DNA from: Azolla caroliniana
Taxonomy: Eukaryota > Plantae > Polypodiophyta
Direction of reading: 5' to 3'
Length of the DNA: 64,000 bases
NCBI GenBank assembly: GCA_043228905.1
Contig: JBHGNT010000016.1
Span: forward strand, 12,028,001-12,092,000
Positions 25,915 through 36,482 of the stretch are shown here, one piece after another (position 1 is the first letter of the stretch; each line of letters opens with the position of its first letter). The translations under genes and the position numbers were made by a program. The notes under the pieces are model-generated. The model was given only the letters and a program-made list of their open reading frames with translations. It was not told the origin of the DNA and did not search any database.

Positions 25915-26339
25915 CACCCCTTCGAACACAACTTTCGGATGTCAAAATGGTTCGGTCTTCGAAATACTTCGATTTGGTTGAATCGGTTTCGACATTGCTT
26001 TTCAATTTCGCTTTTCGACATGGCTTACCATTTCGATTGTTCGATTCTCCGTGTTCGGCTGTTCGATTGTTTGTTTGTACTTTGACTCCTCTGGTCAGCT
26101 TCGATCGATTGATTGGTTACTGTTCGGCATCGGTTGCTATTGTACTCCCCCTCAAGTGCGGCTAGTCGGTGATTGAGAGACCAAGGTTCGTCATGAACTG
26201 CCGCAACTTGTCGATACCGAGGGCTTTTGTGAAGATGTTAGCAACTTGGAGGTTTGTGTTGATATGTTGTAAATCAATATCACCAGCTTGAACGTGTTCG
26301 TGAATAAAGTGATAGTGCACTTCGATGTGTTTAGTCCGC

Positions 26340-27126
26340 TATCGTGAAGATTCCCGGCCACAGTGAGAAAACCGGACAAGTCAGTGGAATCGGCAAGGTG
26401 CAACATGTGCACATGTACATTGAAAGATGTATGTAGAATAGAGGGGGGGGGGATATTTATCCCACATTGTAACGCCTCTCCCTCCTTGTGCTATAAAAGG
26501 AAGGGAGGGTCCCTTGTAAAAGGGGTTGTCCATTTTGAGTTAGGAGGGTATACCGTTAGATCTCGGGTTTGGTACTTTTCTCTTTTTCTTACTTTCGTTT
26601 TAGGGTTCGTTTAGGTCTTCTTCTTCGTCGTCATGTGGGTTGAGTCTTTCTCTATTAAGGGTTTAGTTCGGTAGAGAGCACGCATGTACTAGCTGTTTTG
26701 TTTCTGCTCTGTCCCCTGTGCAGGAGCCCAAGAGCTCCCCCGACCGGCGGCTTGGCAGGAGACAACTGATGTAACTTGATCTACCTAAGTCCGACTCGAA
26801 GTTGATGTTGTATTTCACTGTCTTGTAAATACACATATGAAAGGTTGTGCATATTTGTGTCACTGTTGGTGATGGGTGCATTTCTTTCTTTCCATTTCTG
26901 TACATAAGTAGCGTGTGTTGAGTCGTGTTGTGTGTATCCTCTCTCTCTCTCCCACTCTCTTGTTTGGTAGCCTTCGATATGCATCCGGAACCGCCCCGGT
27001 TTGTGCCATAGCCGGTGCAGCCGGTTCTGGAGAGAGTTTGTCTCCTGGCATCCATCTCTTCCTGGTTTGTGACCCCGGTGCTCCCGCCTGATCCGACACG
27101 TGCACGCGGAATACCGCGATATATTT
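26340..27126 (+). repeat. 5' LTR of the gag-only element (3' tip and PBS apparently deleted)
   Basis: Matches 35677-36470 (TCGTGAAGATT...GCTATAAAA...GATATATTT). Confidence 0.85.
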
Positions 27127-29918
27127 CGTGAACCTGATGTGAAAGGGTGGCAAGGGAGGATGGAATTGGACGATGAAGACTTCATAGAGATGGTGGCCGA
27201 AGTGGTGATAGAGTTCGGACAAGTGATGATGAGACGGGAAGCAGCGCAACAAGCTGTCAAGTGTGTGGTCGAAAGAGTAAGCCATTTTAACGGGGAAAAA
27301 GTCCCATTTTACTTGGAAGTCTACAACGCAGAAATGGAGTATAGATGAGCCATTCACATTGGATTTCTTCTGTTGAGTCGTAGTAGACCGGATGTATGTG
27401 GAAGTAAAGGAGCTCTGAGAAGCTCATAGTTCGTGGGAGGCCTTTGAACAGGCGCTCCTGCAGGCATACAGAGGACGGCCGAAAAAACGGGGATGGTGCG
27501 ACGTCGACAAGTGGGTTGCATCGGCGAAGACCCATCGGGGTGCAACGAAGGCGTTCCTGGAGTTTGGGCGGAGCTTTGCTCGTCTCCCGAAGCGGGAACA
27601 AAGACTGGTGGGGGTGGACAAAGTCATGTTGTTCGTTAGGTTGATCGACCGAACGAAACGGGAGGCCATCGGAATCGAGCTCGAAGACGACGACGGAGCA
27701 AATGGCCTTACCGAGGACTGGTCGGAAGTCGAACGGGTATGCCAAAGGTTGGACAAGGAGCGGCCCGCAAAAGGAAAGGGGAAGATGGCGTGCGACAACA
27801 TAACATCACAGTAGTGAGCTGGCGCGCGACGAGACAGAGTGACGAGGCTCGATATCGAAGCCCTAGTCCGGGAAGCGTTTGAGGCTCTCAAGGCGATGAT
27901 TGAGGAAGATGAGAGATTCGGATCGAGGAAGCGGTCAGGTCGCAACGGGCACGGACAAGGTGCGATATCCGACAGGCAGTCTGGAAGAACGGGGACCCGT
28001 GCCACACACGGATACGAAGGAGCTGGAGGACGGAGACCGAGTTGTCTCCGCAGAAGTGAAGGTTGGGCCTATGCGGAGGCTGGAGAGCACTACATCGGTA
28101 CCACAGGAGAGGGTGTGAAGCAAGCCACCCTCTTGAGTTGTGGAGAAAGAACAACCAAGGACAAGGTCGGGGTGGTGAGGCAACGATTGCCAACTTGGGA
28201 GAGGAAGAGTATGTCTAGACATGGTTGTCCAGAATGTCGAAGCCCGAACGAGGCAAGCACGGTCGAAGCTTGCACGGAAGGGATAGCCACTGGCCGCGAC
28301 GTTGAGGCGGAGGTAGCTATGGACAAGACGATAGTAAGACAACGAAGGCCGAGCATGAGGCAGAACGAAGATCCTACGACGATCCTCACACCGATCCGGA
28401 GACTCCGGCAGGCGGCCTCGAGAGCCGACGTGAGACCAAGAAAGATGGATGGTGGCGGCAGGTGAACGACATCCGACGAAAGGGCTGAAAGAAGTGGAAA
28501 GAGGTATAAGGCTGGCGACGCGGCCGCAAACTGTAACGGACCCGACCGGCAGGGTTGGAAGAATGAAGGAGGGACGCAAGAGGTGCATGGATCGGTGGCT
28601 GCGAAGGACATCGGAGGCCGGAGAAGGGTCCTCCGCACATGTACCAGATTCCCAGGAAATTCAAGCCGTCGTGGCAACGTGAGACCAAGGGAATGATAGG
28701 TGGAGTGAGAGGATGAAGGCAACAATGGGTGGTGGCGCCGAACCCAACCAACATGGCACGGATACAACGGGCGTTAGGCGGGCCGGAAGACAAGGGTGAT
28801 CCCCGCACGGGTGGCGATGGAGAAGGCTACCAAGGACACCCCGGTGGAGCACGACATGCCCGGCCGAAAAGGGCACGCACTGAGGCGGATTGAAGGACGT
28901 GCGTATGGCCACTGTGGGCTGAGGAACATGCATGGGGAAAGACCGAAGTTCGGCACGGACGGTGCCGAGTGAAGAAGCTGAGCGAACCGAGCCTCTCGCG
29001 GGGCGAAATCAAAGGCTAGGCGGCACACAGAAGTGCCGGGACGGAAGCACGGGCGCGAAGCGGGTTGCACGGGTCGGTGGCCTCAAGAGAAGAAGGTCCG
29101 AGGGGGATCCTCCACATTGATTCCGGAGACCTCGGTAGTTCGGCTGTCGTGGCAATGTAAGACTGAGGAGAAGGAAGGTGGCGGCACCGAACAAGCAATG
29201 AAGGCTTACGGAGAATGACTGACCAAGGCGAAGGTCGGATTCGAGAAGAAGATGATCACGAGTTCGGAATGAGTCCGACGGTTTCGACACCGATACCAAA
29301 ACTTCGGACATTGGAGAAGCAAGCCCAGGCAGGCTTGCGCAGTCATAGAATGAATGCTTTCCACCGACAACATTGAGGAGTCGGTGGCCTCGGACAAGTC
29401 GTCGGGAGTAAATTACGAAATTGTTTCCCCACATTTAATCCGGAGACATAGGCAGTCTGGCCTGAGAGCCGACGCGATACCGAGAGAGATGGATGGTGGT
29501 GGCGGGTGAATGGGATCTGACAAAGTAGGGCCGAAGAGTGCGGAAAGAGGTATAAGGCCTACAATGCCTTGTAAAGTCCTAGAAGAAGGAAGACCCTCTA
29601 CACATGTGCTAGAGACTTCGGTAGCTCAGCCAGTATGGCAACCACTATCGTGACAAGCATAAGCCCAAAGAAGCAGGCGGAAGTGAGGGGTCTTGAGGAA
29701 GTCAATGAAGATAGATGAAACAGGAACCAACCCGGTCAATTGGGTTGAAAGAACCGAAATAGGCACGAGTCAGTGCCTCAAGACATCGAAGGCCGAGAAG
29801 GATCCTTCACACCTGCTCCGGAGACCTCGATAGTTTGGCCACCGTGGCAACGTTAGACCGACGTTATAACAGATGGGGGCGAGGGGACGAAGGCGACACT
29901 AGACGACGGCACCGAACC

Positions 29919-30467
29919 TGTCGTGACTCTTGAGTAGGAAGCAGAGAGAGAGCGATGGCGATAGAGATAACGATAACGATAGAGATGGCGAGAGCGGTAG
30001 AGATAGCGATAGTGATAGCAAAAGAGAGTGAAAGAGGGAGAGAGTGCGAAAGAGAGAAAAATATAAGTGAGAGATAAGAAATGGGAATGCGATTATATTA
30101 TGAGAAAGAAGATTACAAGGAGTAGGCTAAGGGCTAAAGACTGGTGTTGAACCGAATGAGTTGTGATGAGTGTATGGACTCTTATTTATAGGCCCTTATG
30201 GAGTATTCTAGAATGTTCTAGAATATTTTAGATATTTATGAATAATAATAATAATAAATATAATCATGAAATATTCAAGAACATTCTAGAATAATCTAGA
30301 ATGTTCTAAATATCTCGTAATAACTAAACATATAATTATTATGATTACATCTCACATATGTTATTACAATGGTTAAAGTACAATATGTAAACCAAGAGGT
30401 TATGGGTTCGATTCCTGGTTCGCCAAGATGAATGTCATGATAAGCCAAGATGTATGTCTTCATGACA
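29919..30467 (-). repeat. 3' LTR of the chromovirus
   Basis: TGTCGTGA...TCATGACA; near-identical to 34310-34858. Confidence 0.96.
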
Positions 30468-33400
30468 TTATCCCCCCTTTTCGATGACGAATTGCACGAG
30501 TCGAAAGAAAAGAGTTCAGACTTGGTTTATGAGGATATTGGTTGTGAAATGCAACAACCATGTCGGAGGCATTGGCAAGATGTTCGGCAGGCTCCCATGT
30601 TCGATCATTAGGTGTATAGCCTAACCAATCAACCAAGTAGTATAGTTTGTTGCGAATGATCTTGGAGTCGAGGATAGCGGCAACCTCATATTCAGAGCCA
30701 TTGGAAACGTCAATTGGAGGTGGGGGAGGTGTAACACGACCCGGAATAGAGCTCGTTGTGTAGGGCTCCAAAAGTGAAACATGGAAGACCGGGTGAAGAC
30801 GCATATGAGGAGGAAGATCAAGACGAAATGTCACATCATTGATCTTACCACTTATGACATATGGGCCAAAACGTTGATAATCCAATTTGTAGCAAGGTCG
30901 GGTCGTTTTAATGCTACCTTGTAAGAGCCATACACGATCGCCTACTTGAAATGTAGTCGATGAATCACGCCGATGACGGTCAACAATCTTCTTTTGAGTG
31001 TTTTGGGCTTCACATAAATGATGCAAAAGCATATCCTGAACTTCTTGGAGTCGAGTGAGCCGATCTTCAGCAGCTGGGTTTTTTGGGAGTTCAGGATGTT
31101 CAAGCATCGTCCAACGAGGATGGTACCCAATGTTTGCAAAAAATGGGGAATATCCAGTAGAAGAATGCTCGGAGTTGTTATAAGCAAATTCTGCCAAAGG
31201 TAGTAAATCCACCCAATCATCTTGTTGATAGTTGACAAAACAACGTAGATATTGCTCGACTGTTTGGTTGGTGCGCTCACTCTGCCCATTAGTCTCTGGA
31301 TGGTAGCCGGAAGAGAGTTTACAAGAAGTATGTAAGAGTTTGAACATGTGCCGCCAAAATTTCAAGATGAATTGGGGACCCTGATCACTGATAATATCAT
31401 CCGGAAGACCATGATGGCGAAACACCTCCCGCATGAGTAAATCAGCTGTCTCTTGACTAGTAATGGTCTTTGTGCATGGAAGGAAATGTGCCATCTTCGT
31501 AAAACGATCGACAACCGTGAGAATCGAATCAAATCCCTTGGAAGGTGGAAGATCCGTAATAAAGTCCAAGGAAATAGATTTCCATGGGCTCTCCGGAATA
31601 GGCATTGGCTGTAATAAGCCATATGGATGATGTCGAGGCTTTTTTGATCGGCAACATGTATCACAGCTACGAACATAATCCGTAACAAAATGGCGAAGCC
31701 GTGGCCACCAATATCGGCGAGAAATCAACTCAAAAGTCTTGTGGATGCCGAAGTGTCCCGCCATTGGTGTGTCATGACATTGTTGCATGACTTTGAGTCG
31801 AGAAGGACCGTCAGGCACATACAAGAGAGTTTGTCGAAAAAGTAACCCATCATGCCAACTAAACTGGGTGTAGTCTAGACGAGGATTTTGAGTTTGGGAG
31901 CTAGATGCACGATTTGGGATAATATGGCTCAAAACCTCTTGGGCGAACGCATCAGTCGCAATCTGCTCACGAATGGAATCAAGAAGCCTTGAATCTCCCG
32001 GTGTGTTGATGGTATGCATTGCCATTATTCGTAGACGATCAGGACCTAAGAGGATTTGCTTTTGGCTTTCAAATGCGGCCTCTCCAGGTTGAAGTTCCAT
32101 ATACGAACGTCTAGATAAAGCATCTGCTTTTCCTTGTTGCATCCCAGGGCGATATAGAATTACAAAATCGAAACGAGTTAAGAACTGCGCCCAACGAGCT
32201 TGTCGTCGATTCAAGACTCGAGCACTTTGAAAGTATGTTAGATTTTTATGATCATTGTAGACAATAATCTGCTGAGAAGAACCCTCCAGAAAATGACGCC
32301 ATTGTTGAAAAGAATCCACAATGGCAAGAAGCTCTTTGTCGTGAATCTCATAGTTGATTTCTGCGGCTTCAAATTTTCGTGAGTGAAAAGCCACCGAGTG
32401 CAGTTCACCATCATCACCAATTTGGGATAGTACACTTCCGAGTGCGAAATTCGATGCATCAGCTTCAAGTATAAAGCGCCTCATTGGATCGACATGGATT
32501 AAGATTGGTGCGGATGTAAATGCTTGCTTTAAACCCTCAAATGCAGAGTTCGCATCTATACTCCATACAAATGATCGATTCTTGTGCGTCAGTTGAGTGA
32601 GGGGCAACACAATTTTTGAATAATCTTTGATGAACTTGCGATAAAAGTTTGCGAACCCCAAAAAACATTGCACATCTCGCACGGACTGTGGTGTTTGCCA
32701 ATCCAAAATTGTTTGAACCTTTGATGGATCCATAGAGATGCCATTTGAAGAGACTATGTACCCCAAAAACTCCACTTGACATTGGTCGAAACTACACTTC
32801 TCCAATTTTGCATAGAGACCATACTCTCGTAGCCGTTGCAAAACTTGGCGAACATGTATATCATGTTCTTCTTGAGTTTTTGAGTAGATCAAGATATCAT
32901 CCAGGTAAACAATGATGAAGATATCGAGGAAGTCTCGAAAAATATCATTCGCCATATGTTGGAAGACTGCTGGTGCATTCGTGAGGCCAAAAGGCATCAC
33001 TGTGTACTCAAAATGACCATAGCGAGTGCGGAACGCCGTCTTCCATTCATCCCCAGGACGAATTCGAACAAGGTTGTAGGCACCTCGAAGATCTAACTTC
33101 GTGAAATACTTTGCTTCACTGAGGCGTTCTAGAAGGCTTGAGATCAATGGGAGAGCATATCGGTTTCTAACGGTCACTTTATTCAAGCCTCGATAATCCA
33201 CGACCATACGAAGCGTACCATCTTTCTTCTTAACGAAAAAGATGGGTGCACCAGCAGGAGATTTTGAATGTTGGATAAAACCATTTGCCAAGTTCTCATT
33301 GATATATTCTCGAAGAACCTCTAACTCCGTGGGCGAAAGATTATAAATTGGTCCCCATGGAGGCTCTTTTCCTGGCTGCAAATCAATTGGGCAATCATAT

Positions 33401-34224
33401 GGTCGATGCTCTGGTGGCGGTGTGGCGACTATAGAAGCGTATGTCTGTTCCGGTTGGCGGCGCAACATTTGTTGACGTTCAGAACGTCGCTCAAATAGGC
33501 GATTATCACATCGCACAGCTCGGCTAATAGCTTCAGTAAGAGACTTTGGATCTTCATGGAAAGTAAGAAGAAGATCTTTGACATCGTTACGCAAACCCTG
33601 ACGGAATTGATCCATTAAGGCTGCCTCATCCCAAGGGATGTCGCATGCCAAGAGACGGAAATCTGCGGCATAAGCTGAAGCGGGACGATCTCCTTGTCGG
33701 AGTCTTCGAATCTTGTTTATTGCAGTCCTAGTGCTATCCGTATCTCCAAAACTAGCTTGAAACTCCTTAACGAATGCCTCGAAATCCTCCAGTAATGGTG
33801 ATTTCTTCTCAAGAAGTGGTGCAAACCATGCTAACGTTGTACCGCTTAGCAAGGTTCCTATTAATCCCACACGGGCAGCATCAGTTGGATACCGATTGGG
33901 ATGTAACTGAATCACCAAACGAACTTGATTCAGGAAACCTCGAAAGAGAGATCTGGTACCATCAAACTTGGCAGGGAGGCTAATCTTTGGTTCCCTTGGG
34001 GAGTTTTGAACCCCCGCCGCTTGTTCTCGTAATGTTAATATAGTAGCCTCAAGTTGATGAACCCGTTGTGATAACTCCTCATATTGATGAGCTTTCTCAG
34101 TACTGACTTGTTGAAGATCCCCGAGTAGCCTTTGATTTTCTTGCTCTAATGCCACAAACTTAGTGGTGAGCATATCGAGCTCCGAAAGGACACGCATATA
34201 CTCTTGCTTGCTGACCGACTCCAT
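30460..34224 (-). CDS. Gag-RT-RNase H-integrase-chromodomain polyprotein (1254 aa) lacking the aspartic protease
   Basis: PEG10/Sushi-like gag (LPAKFDG...LAWF...LRQG); RT VDYRGLN, PFGLTNAP, YLDDILI; RH ADAS...DKELLAI; IN H-H-C-C and D,D,E motifs; chromodomain YEVAAILD...YLVDWLGY...TWEP; no DSG/DTG protease motif between gag and RT. Confidence 0.95.
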   Translation of the reverse strand: MESVSKQEYMRVLSELDMLTTKFVALEQENQRLLGDLQQVSTEKAHQYEELSQRVHQLEATILTLREQAAGVQNSPREPKISLPAKFDGTRSLFRGFLNQVRLVIQLHPNRYPTDAARVGLIGTLLSGTTLAWFAPLLEKKSPLLEDFEAFVKEFQASFGDTDSTRTAINKIRRLRQGDRPASAYAADFRLLACDIPWDEAALMDQFRQGLRNDVKDLLLTFHEDPKSLTEAISRAVRCDNRLFERRSERQQMLRRQPEQTYASIVATPPPEHRPYDCPIDLQPGKEPPWGPIYNLSPTELEVLREYINENLANGFIQHSKSPAGAPIFFVKKKDGTLRMVVDYRGLNKVTVRNRYALPLISSLLERLSEAKYFTKLDLRGAYNLVRIRPGDEWKTAFRTRYGHFEYTVMPFGLTNAPAVFQHMANDIFRDFLDIFIIVYLDDILIYSKTQEEHDIHVRQVLQRLREYGLYAKLEKCSFDQCQVEFLGYIVSSNGISMDPSKVQTILDWQTPQSVRDVQCFLGFANFYRKFIKDYSKIVLPLTQLTHKNRSFVWSIDANSAFEGLKQAFTSAPILIHVDPMRRFILEADASNFALGSVLSQIGDDGELHSVAFHSRKFEAAEINYEIHDKELLAIVDSFQQWRHFLEGSSQQIIVYNDHKNLTYFQSARVLNRRQARWAQFLTRFDFVILYRPGMQQGKADALSRRSYMELQPGEAAFESQKQILLGPDRLRIMAMHTINTPGDSRLLDSIREQIATDAFAQEVLSHIIPNRASSSQTQNPRLDYTQFSWHDGLLFRQTLLYVPDGPSRLKVMQQCHDTPMAGHFGIHKTFELISRRYWWPRLRHFVTDYVRSCDTCCRSKKPRHHPYGLLQPMPIPESPWKSISLDFITDLPPSKGFDSILTVVDRFTKMAHFLPCTKTITSQETADLLMREVFRHHGLPDDIISDQGPQFILKFWRHMFKLLHTSCKLSSGYHPETNGQSERTNQTVEQYLRCFVNYQQDDWVDLLPLAEFAYNNSEHSSTGYSPFFANIGYHPRWTMLEHPELPKNPAAEDRLTRLQEVQDMLLHHLCEAQNTQKKIVDRHRRDSSTTFQVGDRVWLLQGSIKTTRPCYKLDYQRFGPYVISGKINDVTFRLDLPPHMRLHPVFHVSLLEPYTTSSIPGRVTPPPPPIDVSNGSEYEVAAILDSKIIRNKLYYLVDWLGYTPNDRTWEPAEHLANASDMVVAFHNQYPHKPSLNSFLSTRAIRHRKGGIMS

Positions 34225-34296
34225 AACCGCGGGGGAAAAAGAAAGAAGGATAAAGAAGAAAGCTTGCTAGGGTTATTGGAGAAAGGGAAAAGAAAT

Positions 34297-34307
34297 ATTC
34301 GGTTCAA
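34297..34307 (-). promoter_or_regulatory. Primer-binding site complementary to the element's own R region (predicted self-priming)
   Basis: Minus-strand TTGAACCGAAT, 2 nt inside the 5' LTR boundary, is the perfect complement of ATTCGGTTCAA at 34548-34538 in the LTR; it does not begin with the TGG expected for a tRNA primer. Confidence 0.8.
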
Positions 34308-34309
34308 AC

Positions 34310-34858
34310 TGTCGTGACTCTTGAGTAGGAAGCAGAGAGAGAGCGATGGCGATAGAGATAACGATAACGATAGAGATGGCGAGAGCGGTAGAGATAGCGA
34401 TAGTGATAGCAAAAGAGAGTGAAAGAGGGAGAGAGTGCGAGAGAGAGAAAAGTATAAGTGAGAGATAAGAAATGGGAATGCGATTATATTATGAGAAAGA
34501 AGATTACAAGGAGTAGGCTAAGGGCTAAAGACTGGTGTTGAACCGAATGAGTTGTGATGAGTGTATGGACTCTTATTTATAGGCCCTTATGGAGTATTCT
34601 AGAATGTTCTAGAATATTTTAGATATTTATGAATAATAATAATAATAAATATAATCATGAAATATTCAAGAACATTCTAGAATAATCTAGAATGTTCTAA
34701 ATATCTCGTAATAACTAAACATATAATTATTATGATTACATCTCACATATGTTATTACAATGGTTAAAGTACAATATGTAAACCAAGAGGTTATGGGTTC
34801 GATTCCTGGTTCGCCAAGATGAATGTCATGATAAGCCAAGATGTATGTCTTCATGACA
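34310..34858 (-). repeat. 5' LTR of the chromovirus, with TATA box (TATAAATA at 34581-34574)
   Basis: Near-identical to 29919-30467. Confidence 0.96.
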
Positions 34859-35676
34859 GAACCCAACCGAGGCGTCACAAGGACAACGGGGCCAAGCAGG
34901 CCGGAAGACAAGGGTGTTCCATGTGCGGGTAGTGGCACTAAGGGCTACCAAGGACACCAAGACGGAGAGGCGATATATCGGATGACAGGGTACACACTGA
35001 GGCGAAAACAACGAACGTGCATGTGGCCACTAAGGGCTGAGAAGCAAGCACAGCGGAGGACTAGAGTTCGGCACGAGCGGTGGTAGGTCAAGCCCGGGAC
35101 GGAAGCGCGAAGTGGAGACGGGTTACATAGGTCGGTGGCCACAAGATGTTGAAGGCCGGAGAAGGATCCTCCACACCTGTTCCGGAGACCTCATCAATTT
35201 GGCCATCGTGGCAACGTAAGATCGAGGAGAAGGAAGGTGGTGGCGAGGGGATGAAGGTGATAGCGGACAACGGAACCGAACAAGAAATCAAGGCATCGCG
35301 GAGAACGTATGGGGCCACGTGGGATGGAGTAAGGGGGTGTTTCTCGGACGTCGTACCGTGTTGAAGATCGTTGAGGACACTGATGCAAAATGACGTAGCG
35401 TGGGCATGCGTGTGCTCAATCGAGAACTGAAGGATGAGCATGCATTTGGGGGAGCTGCGGCAAATGACCTACTACGGAGGTCGGATTAAGCCTACGAAGG
35501 GGCGAGCGTGAGTCGGAAAGGAGGGAACCGATACCGATGGTTCAGGACTGGTGAAGGCCGACTTGGCCACCAAGAAGCGGAGTACGGAAGGCCCAGTTTG
35601 ATCATCGTGGACAGAATCTACCACCCTCTCTCTCGCTTGGCACATACCAGTGGATGTGCGGTTTGGTGGGGGCAGA

Positions 35677-36482
35677 TGTCGTGAAGATTCCGGACCACAG
35701 TAAGAAAACTGGACAAGTCAGTGGAATCGGCAAGGTGCAACATGTGCACATGTACATTGGAAGATGTATGTAGAATAAAAGAATGGAGGGTCCATTGTAA
35801 CACCTCTCCCTCCTTGTGCTATAAAACGAAGGGAGGGTCCCTTGTAAAAGGGGTTGCCCATTTTGAGTTAGGAGGGTATATCGTTAGATCTCGGGTTTGG
35901 TAGTTTTCTTTGCTTCTTACTTTCGTTTTAGGGTCCGTTTAGGTCTTCTTCTTCGTCGTCGTGTGGGTTGAGTCTTTGTCTATTAAGGGTTTTGTCCGGT
36001 AGAGAGCTCGCATGTACTAGTGGTTTTGTTTCTACTATGTCCCATGTGCAAGACCCCGCTCGACGCGACGAGCCCTAGAGCTCCCCCGGCCAGCGGCTTG
36101 GCAGTAGACAACTGTTGTAACCTGATCTACCTAAGTCTGGCTCGAAGTCAGTGTTGTATCTCACTGTCTTGTAAATACACATATGAAAGGTTGTGCATAT
36201 CTGTGTCTCTGTTGGTGTTGGGTGCATTTCTTTCTTTCCATTTCTGTACATAAGTAGTGTGTGTTGAGTCGGTGTTGCGCGTATGCTGTCTCTCTCCCTC
36301 TCTCCTGTTCGATAGCCTCCGGTACGCGTCTGGAACCACCCCGGTTTATGCCACAGCCGGTGCAGCCGGTTCCGGAGAGAGTCGGTCTCCTTGCATCCAT
36401 CTCTTCCTAGTCCGTGCCCCTGGTGGTACTGCCCGATCCGTTACGTGCACGTGGAATACCACGATATATTTTCTTCCCAACA
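35677..36482 (+). repeat. 3' LTR of the gag-only element
   Basis: TGTCGTGAAG...TTCCCAACA after a PPT; homologous to 26340-27126. Confidence 0.87.

Larger units (their letters stand above)
29919..34858 (-). mobile_element. Young Ty3/Gypsy chromovirus (Tcn1/Tf1-Sushi-like), 4940 bp
   Basis: 549-bp TG...CA LTRs 29919-30467 and 34310-34858 (about 2 substitutions seen); TSD GAACC at 29914-29918 and 34859-34863; PPT AAAAGGGGGGATAA at 30468-30481 on -. Confidence 0.97.
26340..36482 (+). mobile_element. Pol-less, gag-bearing Gypsy-like LTR element (TR-GAG/LARD-like) containing the chromovirus insertion
   Basis: LTRs 26340-~27126 and 35677-36482; PPT TGGTGGGGGCAGA before 35677; gag-like FNGEKVPFYLEVYNAEM...VMLFVRLID...GLTEDWSEV at 27150-27790; no RT or IN motifs found in the remaining interior. 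Confidence 0.8.

Noticed and set aside
27839-29434. Many overlapping 100-225 aa ORFs on both strands as host genes
   Set aside because: GC-rich TE interior with few stop codons and no recognisable domains
30362-30425. Functional tRNA gene in the LTR
   Set aside because: Acceptor and anticodon stems do not pair; kept only as a tRNA-derived promoter-like module
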